Sequence record: MK773491.1
Reading direction: 5' to 3' (one strand)
DNA: 64,000 bases
Shown here: piece after piece, positions 20,501 through 30,007 of the stretch
Position numbering within the stretch: position 1 is the stretch's first letter
Layout of the letters: each line of letters begins with the position of its first letter
The notes under the pieces: generated by a model
Seen by the model: the letters and a program-made list of their open reading frames with translations, nothing else
Databases searched by the model: none
What the model was told of the DNA's origin: nothing
Position numbers and translations under genes: made by a program

Positions 20501-22189
20501 AGCAGTTACACCAGTAACGGAACCAGTTACTACTAAATCTTTGACGGTTACAGTTTGACCAGTTACATTTACATCGCCACCAAAAGAGGCATTTCCGGTT
20601 ACAGATGCAGTGCCACCTACAGTTAGGTTGGTTCCAACTTTAGTTGTAGTTTTAGATTCTAGAGTTTCACCAACAACACCAGCAGCAGTTGTTACTGAGT
20701 TTGGTGTTAGGTCTTGACCAGAAACATCAACAGTTAGACCAGTTACAGTACCAGTGAAATCAACATCACCAAGAATTGACTTACCAGTTACTTCCAATTG
20801 TGGTGATGCAGTACCAATTGTACTATTACCAGCAATTTTTAAGTAATCAATAGTTGCTTTACCAATAGCATGTAGACCTTCAGTACCACCAACAACACCG
20901 ATTTCAGCGGAATTAGTTTTTAGTTCTTTACCAAGGAAGTTGTTAGAACTAATTTGATATGGCTCAATACTTGATTTAATATCAGTTGGGCGATTCTCAT
21001 CAGAATAAGCAAATTGAATAATACCGTGATTACCACCAGTGCCATCTCGAACAGTAATAGTACTGAATGATGCGATGGAGGTTGTAGAACCAGTAATGTT
21101 TCCACCTACGGATACACCACCCTGTAGTTGAGATAAACCAGAAACAGTTAGAGAATCTACATTTAGATCACTAAAGGATAGACCTGTTACAGAACCAGTA
21201 ATTTCTAAATCACCAACAGTTGTTTTACCAGTGAAAACGGATTTACCAGCAACTTGTAGTTGTGTTTGATCACCAATAGTACTGTTACCAGTAATGTTTA
21301 GATAATCAATGTTTGCTCTACCGATAGCATGTAGTCCTTCAGTACCACCAACAACACCGATTTCAGCAGCATTAGATTTGATATTTTTACTTAGGAAATA
21401 GTTAGAACTAATTTGATATGGTTCAACACTTGATTTAATATCAGTTGGACGAGATGGGTCAGCATAATCGAAATCGATAATAGCATCAGCACCACGCATA
21501 TATAGGTGTTTTAGGTTCATAGTACTATTAGATGCGGTAATATTACCGGTAATAGTTGTAGTACCTTTAATGTTTACGTTGTTTAGATCACTTAATTGTG
21601 CTACTTTAATGCTGTTAAAGTTACCAGCATCCATTGTGTAGTTACCTGAAAGTGTACCGTTAATAACAACATCACCAAAGGTACTTGCACCTGTAACATT
21701 TAGTGTTCCACCGATTACTGAATCACCATTTACTTTTAATGTATCAGTTTCTAAATCTTTCATCGTAGCTTTTGTACCAGTTCCCATTACTAGGTCACCG
21801 TTTAATTGAGATTCACCAGCTACGGTTAATGAATCAACAGAAGTTGCTTTAAATGCAGCAGTTCCGGTAGTTTGTGTGACGTTACCGTTTAAAGTCACAG
21901 GTGCATCAAATGTGCTTGTGGCTTTTACATTTAGTGTATCTGTACTTGCATCGCCTAATGTGGTATTACCGGATACTGAGACAGTAGTTAGTGCTGCTGT
22001 TCCAGTAGATGTAATATCTTTAAGGTTAGCTGTTCCAGAAACGTCAATTTGGGTAAACGTTGCATGTGCAAAGTCCACAGTACCTTCAACTTTAAGATCA
22101 CCTTTAACGACAGCATTACCTTTAACAAGTAGATCTTTATTGATTGTACCATTCCCAGAAACGTCTAGATCAGTTTTAATAGAATACAT
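17507..22189 (-). CDS. Long tail fibre/spike with beta-helical Thr/Gly/Val repeats
   Basis: 1560 aa with many G(D/T/N)L(T/N)V(T/S)G repeats, a 153-aa-period internal duplication and a C-terminal WFIYVTQPAAGG.TINW domain. Confidence 0.8.
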   Translation of the reverse strand: MYSIKTDLDVSGNGTINKDLLVKGNAVVKGDLKVEGTVDFAHATFTQIDVSGTANLKDITSTGTAALTTVSVSGNTTLGDASTDTLNVKATSTFDAPVTLNGNVTQTTGTAAFKATSVDSLTVAGESQLNGDLVMGTGTKATMKDLETDTLKVNGDSVIGGTLNVTGASTFGDVVINGTLSGNYTMDAGNFNSIKVAQLSDLNNVNIKGTTTITGNITASNSTMNLKHLYMRGADAIIDFDYADPSRPTDIKSSVEPYQISSNYFLSKNIKSNAAEIGVVGGTEGLHAIGRANIDYLNITGNSTIGDQTQLQVAGKSVFTGKTTVGDLEITGSVTGLSFSDLNVDSLTVSGLSQLQGGVSVGGNITGSTTSIASFSTITVRDGTGGNHGIIQFAYSDENRPTDIKSSIEPYQISSNNFLGKELKTNSAEIGVVGGTEGLHAIGKATIDYLKIAGNSTIGTASPQLEVTGKSILGDVDFTGTVTGLTVDVSGQDLTPNSVTTAAGVVGETLESKTTTKVGTNLTVGGTASVTGNASFGGDVNVTGQTVTVKDLVVTGSVTGVTAEANVDGLDIAPNSVTSTTYVKSATLEVSGASTLQDVTVKGTISGDAGAAVQVNKLNSAGTITATGNISAPSAQFTGSDVALDVTNNATIGGTLNVTGKTTVGDLTVTGTLIPGNLDLSQTDIASQSITTTGNANIGGDLVVTGTVDLSSADVSVKSLTTPGIVTSTDLVNASKLPVLNSNTITATEIDATDLTVTGQSVVKDLSASGKVTAGSVQTATITNADGITLSNNTTASGDLTVNGTLVLAGALDLSSVDIEAKSIHTTENASFDGNLSVGGTVDLTGADVTAISFTASDTVKTNTFPVLSSTTATIANATVTDLNATTSKVGTLTATGNTTLAGLTAGASVLESATVTGDATINGNITSTNSTVAIDKNTSVTGDLAVSGTLTAGVIDLSTTDVSVKSLDSLGNAHVAGDLTVDGQFDLSATNLQAASLASTGNTTVGADLVLTTGIITGSPKISGTLNVTGATTLAGLNAGSSTLNSATVTTTLNVSGATTLADLSATSATAGTLSTTGKATLNSAEIATNAVVKGNLTIEGILLPQGGLDLTGADIEANSITLAAGASVGSTLNVTGLSTLAGVNSGNHSITGTLNVSGESKLSDVSVGNNLTVTGTTTLTDNLTVNGANTTLKKTKTDNLHVGTLTWDEAKYIAEIGGDVHISGNIDVDGLITADLDLTGRSIAPRQVTTSADVTVGTTLNVIGQSTMASAIIGDVGSVNNNLQINGNTVCTGDFTVQGKIIGTLDQSTSDVVAKSVTASTFVKAATAEITSTSSFGGKVTASAGVSVTGGTTSDTITTTGLATLDSAKVTTSLGVTGDTTVGGTLGVTGETTLAATTISSLTVSGESGFTGKATFVDLESTGSITAKDVTITGTLNTDIADLVTSSVTTSKYEVKAAASEVVGATWTPDGSSNVYNITLSEPTLDIPTFPYRQGYAGSWFIYVTQPAAGGCTINWVPPFGLIGDSKINEAANSVSICQVVYSGVGDKLDVFIAQRNL

Positions 22190-22230
22190 GAAATCCCTCC
22201 GTTGGAATTGTTAACTATTATTGTTACGTG

Positions 22231-22236
22231 TATTTA
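22231..22236 (-). promoter_or_regulatory. Late promoter (TAAATA)
   Basis: On the minus strand ~40 nt upstream of the 1560-aa gene (GGAGGG RBS). Confidence 0.6.
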
Positions 22237-22250
22237 TTTTTTGTTTGGAT

Positions 22251-22290
22251 AAAATATCCAGAACACGCTAATGTTCTGGATTTTTATTTT
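22251..22290. terminator. Terminator hairpin after the 292-aa gene
   Basis: ATCCAGAACA-N6-TGTTCTGGAT with A/T flanks. Confidence 0.7.
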
Positions 22291-23167
22291 ATTTCCCGCT
22301 TATTACAACTTTACCACTAAATGGTACGTATGATTTGAATGTAACGTTACCACTAGAATCGATAATACTATCTGTGGATATTAAGGAATAAGGTGCGACA
22401 CCAGTTGCTCCATCAACTACGTTTTCGTAAATTGCTAGATATAGTGGGCCGGACTCTTGTTGGTGAATACTTGCAGGTACGGATAGTACATACATATCTC
22501 CACTTTGCACCCATTGGGCTTTATTGATTGGATTACTATAAGGTGTAGTCATAGTAGTTGCTCCTATAAGTTTGATGGTGAGATATTCCATTGGTCGTTC
22601 AATAGTTTTTAAAGTTATATTACCGATATCATCAAGTAACACTTCAGTCTGGAAACTATTACCAGTGGAATCTTGTAGCTGGACTAGAACACCAGCACCG
22701 CGATTATGAATATTCTCTGGAAGTACATAGGTATACGTATTGTCGGAGCCGTTGAAATCAGTAGGTGAAACAATATGAGATGTTACATAATCAGAATCAG
22801 TAGGCGGTACTGGTTCACTGAAAGGTTTCCATTTCCCTTCATCTTTGATGTATATTTGAACGATATAGTCATCGTCTACTTGCATATATACATCACCGTC
22901 TTCACCTAAACTAATATCAGGTTCAGAACGTCCACGTAAAATTGGGTTGGCACCGCCTCCACCACCACCATGTGTATTAAAATACCCAAGGGTTACTGCA
23001 TGGGAAGGTTCCACTGGATCAGCGACACTAATTGGAATTAGTCGTGATCCTTGATAGTTTTGTACTTTGATAGTACTGATTGATTCGTCATACGTAAAAC
23101 GTCCACCGTTTTTACCTAGTATGAACGACTTCTTCATAGTTCCATCTAAGTTTGAAAAAATTGCCAT
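22289..23167 (-). CDS. Virion structural protein (fibre-associated)
   Basis: 292 aa. GRSEPDISLGEDGDVY motif typical of fibre proteins, plus two tandem small beta domains. GGAG RBS. Confidence 0.7.
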   Translation of the reverse strand: MAIFSNLDGTMKKSFILGKNGGRFTYDESISTIKVQNYQGSRLIPISVADPVEPSHAVTLGYFNTHGGGGGGANPILRGRSEPDISLGEDGDVYMQVDDDYIVQIYIKDEGKWKPFSEPVPPTDSDYVTSHIVSPTDFNGSDNTYTYVLPENIHNRGAGVLVQLQDSTGNSFQTEVLLDDIGNITLKTIERPMEYLTIKLIGATTMTTPYSNPINKAQWVQSGDMYVLSVPASIHQQESGPLYLAIYENVVDGATGVAPYSLISTDSIIDSSGNVTFKSYVPFSGKVVISGK

Positions 23168-23180
23168 CTTCTATGTCTCC

Positions 23181-24296
23181 TTAGATATGATCTGAGATCG
23201 GTTCAATTGGAGATTGATATGCAATCGTGATGATGATATTAATCTTACCAGTTGTACTGTTGTTTACGGATTCGTTAAAAATACAAGAAAGGATCTCATC
23301 TTTGTCACTAACCTGATGATTTACTTCATTTACAATGTAACGTTGTGTTGTCCGAATGTCGAAGTAATCATAAGGTGCAATTACAGTACCATCGATTTCC
23401 GATTGAACCGTGCCACCGAAGCGAACTAGCATATCAGTAACATCATTGTTGTATGGTTGTAATACATCAACTTGAATATTAGTGACAACATATCCAGCAG
23501 GACATGTACCTACTACAAGTAATGCGTTAGTGTAGCTTGTATCGATGGTATTAACGATAACTTTAATATCTTTACCATCCTTACCCGGATCACCTTTGAT
23601 GCTATCACCTTTTTCACCTTTCTCACCACGGAAGAGAATCCCTTCACTCCATTGCTTCTGGTTGGTTACTTCGTTTTCTTCTACGTAGTATAAGTATCCA
23701 GTTTTTGAATTATAGAATGTATAATCAACTGGTAGATTACTAATTTGTGGAAAATCTTCACCTTGTGAATCGATAATAAATCTACCACGTAAACCCTGTG
23801 GCCCACGGAAAGGGAATGGCCCACGCCAATCAGTGGTATCTAAATCATAAATGTAGATATTCCCATCTTCTGTATTATAGAAGGTGTATTCGTCAAATAG
23901 ATTTGTTGTTGGTAATGTAGTACCTGAATCGTCAATTGTAAATGGACGCCCAGAATCACCTTTTGGCCCACGACCGAACTCTTCTATGTTCCAAGTTGCA
24001 GGACGGATACCCGGTTCTGAGGTTTTAAAGTAGAGTATTGCTTTACCATTAGCTAAACTCAAATAAGTCCAACCAATTGGTTTGTCAACTTCAAACGAAC
24101 CATCAGGAATCTCAAATCCAATTAGATTTGGATAAAAGTTAGTACCGTTAGTACCATCATGACCAACAACAAGACCTAAGTCATCGATAGTGTTATCAGC
24201 GTAAGTTACAATTAAGTGACCCGCACTGTTAATGTGGAACTTTGCTCCAGCACTATTACATGAACTAATTGACCCATTATTGAATGAAATTGTCAT
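23181..24296 (-). CDS. Collagen-like fibre protein
   Basis: GPKGDSG, GPQGLRG and GEKGEKGDSIKGDPGKDGKD triplets. Start placed at 24296 (AAGGA RBS) because the late promoter lies inside the longer ORF call. Confidence 0.75.
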   Translation of the reverse strand: MTISFNNGSISSCNSAGAKFHINSAGHLIVTYADNTIDDLGLVVGHDGTNGTNFYPNLIGFEIPDGSFEVDKPIGWTYLSLANGKAILYFKTSEPGIRPATWNIEEFGRGPKGDSGRPFTIDDSGTTLPTTNLFDEYTFYNTEDGNIYIYDLDTTDWRGPFPFRGPQGLRGRFIIDSQGEDFPQISNLPVDYTFYNSKTGYLYYVEENEVTNQKQWSEGILFRGEKGEKGDSIKGDPGKDGKDIKVIVNTIDTSYTNALLVVGTCPAGYVVTNIQVDVLQPYNNDVTDMLVRFGGTVQSEIDGTVIAPYDYFDIRTTQRYIVNEVNHQVSDKDEILSCIFNESVNNSTTGKINIIITIAYQSPIEPISDHI

Positions 24297-24331
24297 ATAT
24301 ATTTCCTTATGAGTTATTGTCATATTATGAA

Positions 24332-24337
24332 TATTTA
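24332..24337 (-). promoter_or_regulatory. Late promoter (TAAATA), leftward
   Basis: Back-to-back with the rightward promoter at 24365. Confidence 0.55.
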
Positions 24338-24364
24338 TCACCTAAAATAACATTTGACTTCCAA

Positions 24365-24370
24365 TAAATA
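24365..24370 (+). promoter_or_regulatory. Late promoter (TAAATA), rightward
   Basis: ~33 nt upstream of the ATG at 24403. Confidence 0.6.
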
Positions 24371-24402
24371 CTTTAAAGTACATTTTATGAGGGCTAACTA
24401 TA

Positions 24403-24900
24403 ATGGCTTTAAGATCAAAGAATTTTCTTTTCAGAAGAAAGGATAAAGCAGGAGTTTGGACAGATTTTCAAGACTCTGATAGCTGGTATCCAAGCAACGA
24501 CAACTACTACTGGAATGAAGTGACACTAAATATGCCAGCGGGTGGATATTGGGGAAGTACTACAGGATTACATACAATTGCATTTACTCTACGAGAATTT
24601 GTAGGTAGAATATATGTAGAAGCTACTCTTGCAAGTGATCCGCAAGAAGAAGATTGGTTCCCAATTAAATTCACAGAAAGTTGTAAATATTATATGGAAT
24701 TTACCGATACACGAATCTATAATTCAAATACTGGTGCTCTTATGACTAAGCACGGTGTAACGGGTACATTCGCAGAATCATTAACAGGTAACTTCACTTA
24801 CCTACGTGTTGGAATTGATCGCAACTATATCAGTCACGATCCAACAGATTTTCAAAAACGTATGGCTGGAAAAATTGAAGAAATCCAAATAAATTATTAA
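24403..24900 (+). CDS. Putative virion structural protein
   Basis: 165 aa, GAGGG RBS, late promoter. Confidence 0.75.
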   Translation: MALRSKNFLFRRKDKAGVWTDFQDSDSWYPSNDNYYWNEVTLNMPAGGYWGSTTGLHTIAFTLREFVGRIYVEATLASDPQEEDWFPIKFTESCKYYMEFTDTRIYNSNTGALMTKHGVTGTFAESLTGNFTYLRVGIDRNYISHDPTDFQKRMAGKIEEIQINY

Positions 24901-24909
24901 GGAAATAAA

Positions 24910-25518
24910 ATGGAATCCAAAATTGAACAACCAAAATTGTTCGTTAAAGGTCACGTACTAATCACGGATGTAACTGATCCAGAAAATACAAAAGTACTTC
25001 TAGATAAAGCAAACGCAATTCACCCAGAAAACATGAGCCGTGCAATCGCAGATGCGTTGGCTAATAATGTTGACAGCTTAGGTGTCAGTATTGGTGCTAT
25101 TTCTGAAATGCGTTTCGGTAACGGCGGTACTGTAGTTTTAAGTACTGGTCGTGTTACCTACAAAACACCACGTGTAACATCCTTTGGTGGACTTTACTCA
25201 GAAACTTATGCTAAGAAAATTAACCCACGCATTAACGCAGGGATTGATTCACAGTATAACAACATTACAACTATGCACATCCCCGGACAAGTATATACCG
25301 ATATTATTTGTGTTTGTACATTAGGACTAGGTGAGCCATCTGATCAAAATACTAGTTCAAGTACTAATATGGATGGTACATATGTTTTTGATGAATTAGG
25401 ACTTTATACCGATGGTACTAACGGTCTACCTTTAACACATATCATATTCCATCCTGTTGAAAAAAGTGCTAACCGTGTTCTTCAAGTAAAATACACAGTT
25501 CGTGTGCAACTACAATAA
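24910..25518 (+). CDS. Putative baseplate/fibre-attachment structural protein
   Basis: KGHVLI...NAIH...MRFGNGG...FDELGL...LTHIIFHPVEKSANR, resembling tail-collar/fibre attachment proteins. Confidence 0.7.
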   Translation: MESKIEQPKLFVKGHVLITDVTDPENTKVLLDKANAIHPENMSRAIADALANNVDSLGVSIGAISEMRFGNGGTVVLSTGRVTYKTPRVTSFGGLYSETYAKKINPRINAGIDSQYNNITTMHIPGQVYTDIICVCTLGLGEPSDQNTSSSTNMDGTYVFDELGLYTDGTNGLPLTHIIFHPVEKSANRVLQVKYTVRVQLQ

Positions 25519-25527
25519 GGATGATAT

Positions 25528-26631
25528 ATGATTAACTATACAATTCATAGAAGTAATGGGAAGATATACGCATCTATCCCAAATAATACAGTTCTTGGCC
25601 CTAACCAACCGAATCAAAACCCAACTGCTATTAACCTAGTTGGGCGTAACAAAGTTGGATATGGTCAAGCATGGAATGAAAACGCCCTTTGGCAAGCAGA
25701 AAACTTTGCAGGTCAATTGGCACCTAAAGGTTCAGTAACAGGTCAAATATGGTATAGATATACTTCTGGTATTGGGGAACTACTAATTTCGTTGGTTGAT
25801 AACGCAAGACAACCCGACGCTAGTAATCCAGAAACAGAAAGAGATTGGGCGGCAATCCCAATGATTACGTTGTTTAATACAGTACCAGATGGCTCTAACT
25901 CAATCATGGGTAGAATGGTATTGACAAATAACGGAGATTCTCTTAAAGTACTGATGAAGGATAAGGAGTGGCGTGAAATTCAAACTACTCGTCCACAAAA
26001 CAAACAGTATGAATCATTACTAGATATTAACTATGATATCGGAACTAAGTATATTGCCTTTACGCAATCTGCTAGTACTAAGCCAATTTCATATTTTAAC
26101 GTTGGTGCAGCGAGTGATGTTACCACTGATGGATATACTATTTTCCAAAACGGTGATGGAGTTTTTCAATTCGGCTCTAACTATTTTTACGAATTGAAAA
26201 TTATTGGACGCGAAGTTAGTTTGGTAAATGGGGAAGTTATTTCTATTCCACAAAACTACAAAACATGGTTAATTAAAGGTTCTTTCTATGTTAATAATAA
26301 AGGAACTTTTATTCCGGGAACCACAACAGCATCACAGATTCCAGATCCGCGACAAGTTGCGAACTTAACACAAATTATTGACACGATTGATAGTACTCAA
26401 GATACTTGGAACGTTAGCGTTAATATTAATGGAATTGACGTTACATTACCGGGAGCTAATGGTACAACACAAGCTGATTGTGAAAATTATGTATTGGCAT
26501 CGCTAAACAGTAATAAACATTTGGGGATTCGAATTGATGGTAATGTTTCAGGTTTGAACGTTGGTCAAACTACATTAACACAATGGTCAGTCTTTATTAA
26601 AATTACTGGTGTCCCGCCGATTGGTGTATAA
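25528..26631 (+). CDS. Putative virion structural protein
   Basis: 367 aa, YTI..SNG...LVGRN..GYGQ..NEN..W.AENFA N-terminal motif, AAGGA RBS. Confidence 0.7.
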   Translation: MINYTIHRSNGKIYASIPNNTVLGPNQPNQNPTAINLVGRNKVGYGQAWNENALWQAENFAGQLAPKGSVTGQIWYRYTSGIGELLISLVDNARQPDASNPETERDWAAIPMITLFNTVPDGSNSIMGRMVLTNNGDSLKVLMKDKEWREIQTTRPQNKQYESLLDINYDIGTKYIAFTQSASTKPISYFNVGAASDVTTDGYTIFQNGDGVFQFGSNYFYELKIIGREVSLVNGEVISIPQNYKTWLIKGSFYVNNKGTFIPGTTTASQIPDPRQVANLTQIIDTIDSTQDTWNVSVNINGIDVTLPGANGTTQADCENYVLASLNSNKHLGIRIDGNVSGLNVGQTTLTQWSVFIKITGVPPIGV

Positions 26632-26667
26632 AAAAAAGGTAGTCTGTTGACTACCTTTTCTTTTTTT
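26630..26667. terminator. Bidirectional terminator
   Basis: AAAAGGTAGTC-TGTT-GACTACCTTTT between convergent genes. Confidence 0.85.
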
Positions 26668-27127
26668 ATATAGGTAAGCAATTTAAGAACGGCTTGCCAT
26701 TTTTAATTGAATCCCATAATGAATTGAAATCATGAACTATAGTTGGATTGTATAAAGTACTTTTGGCTCCCGGATGTAATGGTTTAGGCCAATTGCCGAT
26801 TTTAACCCATGCGTATCCAGCACTTTCATCATTTAGTTCAGGAATAAACTCATCAGGTACTACAATAACAAATGAATAGTACTTGAACTTTCCATTCTTA
26901 GTACAGAAAACATCAAAAGGAATGATATCTTCAATATCAGGAACCGATGTTCCAAGTTCTTCTTCAATTTCTCTATGTAGTGCTTCTAGGGGGCTTTCAT
27001 GATATTCAATCTTTCCACCAACGAAGCCCCAATTGTTAGAGTACGTCACAGTGTCAGAACGAAGATTAAGCATCATCCTACCCGTACTTTTAGCTAAAAA
27101 TATAGCACCGACAGCTTCGTTTGTCAT
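26666..27127 (-). CDS. NUDIX hydrolase
   Basis: Nudix box GGKIEYHESPLEALHREIEEELG. Confidence 0.92.
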   Translation of the reverse strand: MTNEAVGAIFLAKSTGRMMLNLRSDTVTYSNNWGFVGGKIEYHESPLEALHREIEEELGTSVPDIEDIIPFDVFCTKNGKFKYYSFVIVVPDEFIPELNDESAGYAWVKIGNWPKPLHPGAKSTLYNPTIVHDFNSLWDSIKNGKPFLNCLPI

Positions 27128-27136
27128 AAGTTCTCC

Positions 27137-28474
27137 TTATTCTTTAAAACCAATTCTCCAATAACCAGCACGGTACTTGTTCATAATAACACGGTGCCAA
27201 CCAAACTCGCGATTAAAGCGGTAATAGTTTTCATCGTCCATATTATAAACATATCCTTCAATACTGGATGGTTCTATTAGTGTTGCACCATCATTTGTAA
27301 TGATAGCTGCGTAGTTTGGTGGTATTACACTATTCTTATAGTGGATGTTCCTTTCAGAAACATTGATATATATTTCTTCAGGATGTGCATTTACTAGTTG
27401 ATTGTCTTCAATTATAAATGTTCGTATACCAAACTTTGAAGTATAGATGGATGAATCAACTTGAACTAATAATTTATTAGAACTTTCATCATGACCAACA
27501 CTTAGTACTTCACTTTTTATTGGAGTTGGGTCTTCTAAAGATGTTAAGAATCTAATTTGTTTCTGTTTACCCTTGTGAGACTTATCCAAATAGTCAAAAT
27601 ATACTTCCCATGAATAGATTCTACCATTCGCTGATATAGTATTTAATCCTTGTCCAACGAGCGTTAATTCGTACACTTCAGTACTCTTGTCACCACTCTC
27701 AATTTTATCAACGAGTATTCCCATATTCTTCGGTGTGAACACATCAACCACAATATCATTGTAATCACTTAAGATAAAATCTTGTTCAGTGTTTGCAATT
27801 TGCATATTTGTAACAATTTGCTCAATCAATTTAGGTTTTGAGACCTTCGCAGGTAGACTCATCCATATTTGACATTTGAAAGTCATTGTGGCAATATCTA
27901 AATCAGTGTCAGTACCTTGCGGAACAGCACGAGAACTGAATTGTGTGTCGATTAACTCTACATCTGTGAGAGAACACCAATCAAGTGGATTCTCTGAGGT
28001 CTGTAAAGTTACGGCTGGAGCAAAAAGACATGCTAATTGCTCTAGAATTTCCATTTTAGTAGTAAGAAGTGTTGTCCAGATGTTAACACTAAAGGTCAAA
28101 TCCCAAGGTACAGGGTTAAAACGCTCCACTAAATGCTGTTCAGCCAACTTATTAGTGTATTCATTCTGTGCAGGTGATACATTTGTACCCAAAACTATCT
28201 TTTGTGACCAGTGTGAGCGTACATCCTTACGTGACATAGTGAAAGAATCAACACTAATAGTCATCATAGGTGAACTTTTAGCGACGTTTTCACTATTACC
28301 ATTGATAATGTACTGTGCCATACGAGAAATGTCTGCGTAACGGCATGGTACTTTACGATATTTTGGATTTCCATCTTCATCTGAGCCAAAACGCACTTGA
28401 AAATCACCAAAAAGTCTGATAAGATGCATTAAAACTCGGTGAAATTGACCATCGTAGTAATATTCTACTTTCAT
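27137..28474 (-). CDS. gp15: Tail sheath stabiliser / tail completion protein
   Basis: YYYD.QF.R....F...F.V...KVP..Y, VPWDLTFSVNIWT, EQL...F.P motifs of T4 gp15. Has a C-terminal extension. Confidence 0.8.
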   Translation of the reverse strand: MKVEYYYDGQFHRVLMHLIRLFGDFQVRFGSDEDGNPKYRKVPCRYADISRMAQYIINGNSENVAKSSPMMTISVDSFTMSRKDVRSHWSQKIVLGTNVSPAQNEYTNKLAEQHLVERFNPVPWDLTFSVNIWTTLLTTKMEILEQLACLFAPAVTLQTSENPLDWCSLTDVELIDTQFSSRAVPQGTDTDLDIATMTFKCQIWMSLPAKVSKPKLIEQIVTNMQIANTEQDFILSDYNDIVVDVFTPKNMGILVDKIESGDKSTEVYELTLVGQGLNTISANGRIYSWEVYFDYLDKSHKGKQKQIRFLTSLEDPTPIKSEVLSVGHDESSNKLLVQVDSSIYTSKFGIRTFIIEDNQLVNAHPEEIYINVSERNIHYKNSVIPPNYAAIITNDGATLIEPSSIEGYVYNMDDENYYRFNREFGWHRVIMNKYRAGYWRIGFKE

Positions 28475-29967
28475 TATTTGTTATCCTTATGTACTCTGTA
28501 TACAATGTTAGGTTTAACCGCATCTTGTAATGGAACACGGTCTGGTGAGTTGAGGAATCCGGTCATATACTGGTCTGCACCAGTCCAAGGTAAGCGACCA
28601 CCGTATTTAAACTGTCTCCACGATTTAGTTTCATCAGAAAACTTCCATAATGTAACAGGTGTGTAGTCAGTACGGTAGAAGTATTCTCCATCTTGTGGAT
28701 CACTTGGGAAATTAGTACCTTCACCGACTGTTCCACGTGCTGGTGGAATTTCTTCACGACTATCTTCAGGATTATAAATGTTTTCAATGACTTCTTTCGA
28801 AGTAAATGATTTTTGGTGCTCTTGTGGTGCAACAATCCATGTTTTATTATCATCTAATACTTGATAAAGTACAGGTATTGTGTAAAATACATAGAAATCC
28901 TCGTTTTCTTCGGGTACAGTGTCTTCTTTTGTGTAAGGAAGATCACAAACTAGCCATCGTTTTTCAGATTTTAAGTATTGATATAATGTATAACCACACA
29001 CGGACGAATCATCCTCTTTCATAAAAAAATCGCCATCTTTTGGACGCTTAGGAAATTCCGCACCATGTTTTGTTGGTACTTCTTCCCATGAAGTGTTGAC
29101 TTTTTCAAAGAGAACTGGTAAAGTTTCCTTCCAAAAGAACATATTTTTCGATGGTTTCTTTGGAAATGAAGTTCCGCTGAAGATTTCACGTGCTTCACTA
29201 TACAAATCAACTCGGTCATTGTATAAATGTTCGTTTGTGTAATGAATATATGGCACTTCATCATCAGCTTTCATAATAATTCTATTCATTATGTCAATTT
29301 CGTTATTGTAATCGCCTTGTTGACTACCATCACCAGTACTATTTCCGTTTCCATTGTTTGGGTCATCAGGATTGTCTGGGTAATCATTATTATTAAGTAT
29401 ATCTGCGTATTCTGGACTGTCAGTAAGGGGCTTCACACGTATTTTAAAGATGTGATGTTGCCAAGTGACTGAGTACCCTTCTGATGTTCTAAAGGCGTCC
29501 TGAACGGTGTAGAAGCGATTTAAACCACTATCTTTACCCATTACATCGAAGTCGCGTAGGTTAGGTAGTTCTATTACATCACCGGGCATGATTTTTCTTC
29601 CCACACGCTGCATCATTGTGTTATAATGCATCGTAATGTCCATAGTGTTAAAGTTAAAGAACAATCCGGGAATTTTTAAGTCTGGTGTTGCTTCTTGAAT
29701 TTGATATACTACTGGAATGGTGATGGCTTCTAGGTTGTAAGCACGATCTGGTGATTCACCAAAAATTAGATCTCCGATACTTGACACATCAATAGTGTTT
29801 CCGCTATAATCAGGTAATGAGGGGTCGCTAGATGTACTAGCATTTTTCGGGCCAATGTAACAGTACAACCACATATCGGTTCCACCCATGTTGTATTGGT
29901 CTGCAATGGCACCATCGATGAATTTATAATCATCGGTTCTGCCTTTTTTCCACATGCTATATGCCAT
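28474..29967 (-). CDS. gp14: Neck / head-closure protein with C-terminal repeats
   Basis: DYKFID..I..Q...GG.D..LY, FGE..DR.Y, GRKIMPGDVIELP. Located next to gp15. Confidence 0.7.
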   Translation of the reverse strand: MAYSMWKKGRTDDYKFIDGAIADQYNMGGTDMWLYCYIGPKNASTSSDPSLPDYSGNTIDVSSIGDLIFGESPDRAYNLEAITIPVVYQIQEATPDLKIPGLFFNFNTMDITMHYNTMMQRVGRKIMPGDVIELPNLRDFDVMGKDSGLNRFYTVQDAFRTSEGYSVTWQHHIFKIRVKPLTDSPEYADILNNNDYPDNPDDPNNGNGNSTGDGSQQGDYNNEIDIMNRIIMKADDEVPYIHYTNEHLYNDRVDLYSEAREIFSGTSFPKKPSKNMFFWKETLPVLFEKVNTSWEEVPTKHGAEFPKRPKDGDFFMKEDDSSVCGYTLYQYLKSEKRWLVCDLPYTKEDTVPEENEDFYVFYTIPVLYQVLDDNKTWIVAPQEHQKSFTSKEVIENIYNPEDSREEIPPARGTVGEGTNFPSDPQDGEYFYRTDYTPVTLWKFSDETKSWRQFKYGGRLPWTGADQYMTGFLNSPDRVPLQDAVKPNIVYRVHKDNK

Positions 29968-29996
29968 TTGTTGTCTCCAAAATGTTTATATATTGG

Positions 29997-30002
29997 TATT
30001 TA
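29997..30002 (-). promoter_or_regulatory. Late promoter (TAAATA) for the gp14-gp15-NUDIX operon
   Basis: ~30 nt upstream of the gp14 ATG, back-to-back with the TTGGGACAAA promoter. Confidence 0.6.
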
Positions 30003-30007
30003 TTTTT

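Noticed and set aside
17751-22214. Several long + strand ORFs opposite the 1560-aa fibre (e.g. 17751-18392, 19983-20351, 21876-22214)
   Set aside because: These are antisense shadows of the repetitive Thr/Gly/Val codons. They lack RBSs and give Val/Pro/Ala-biased translations.
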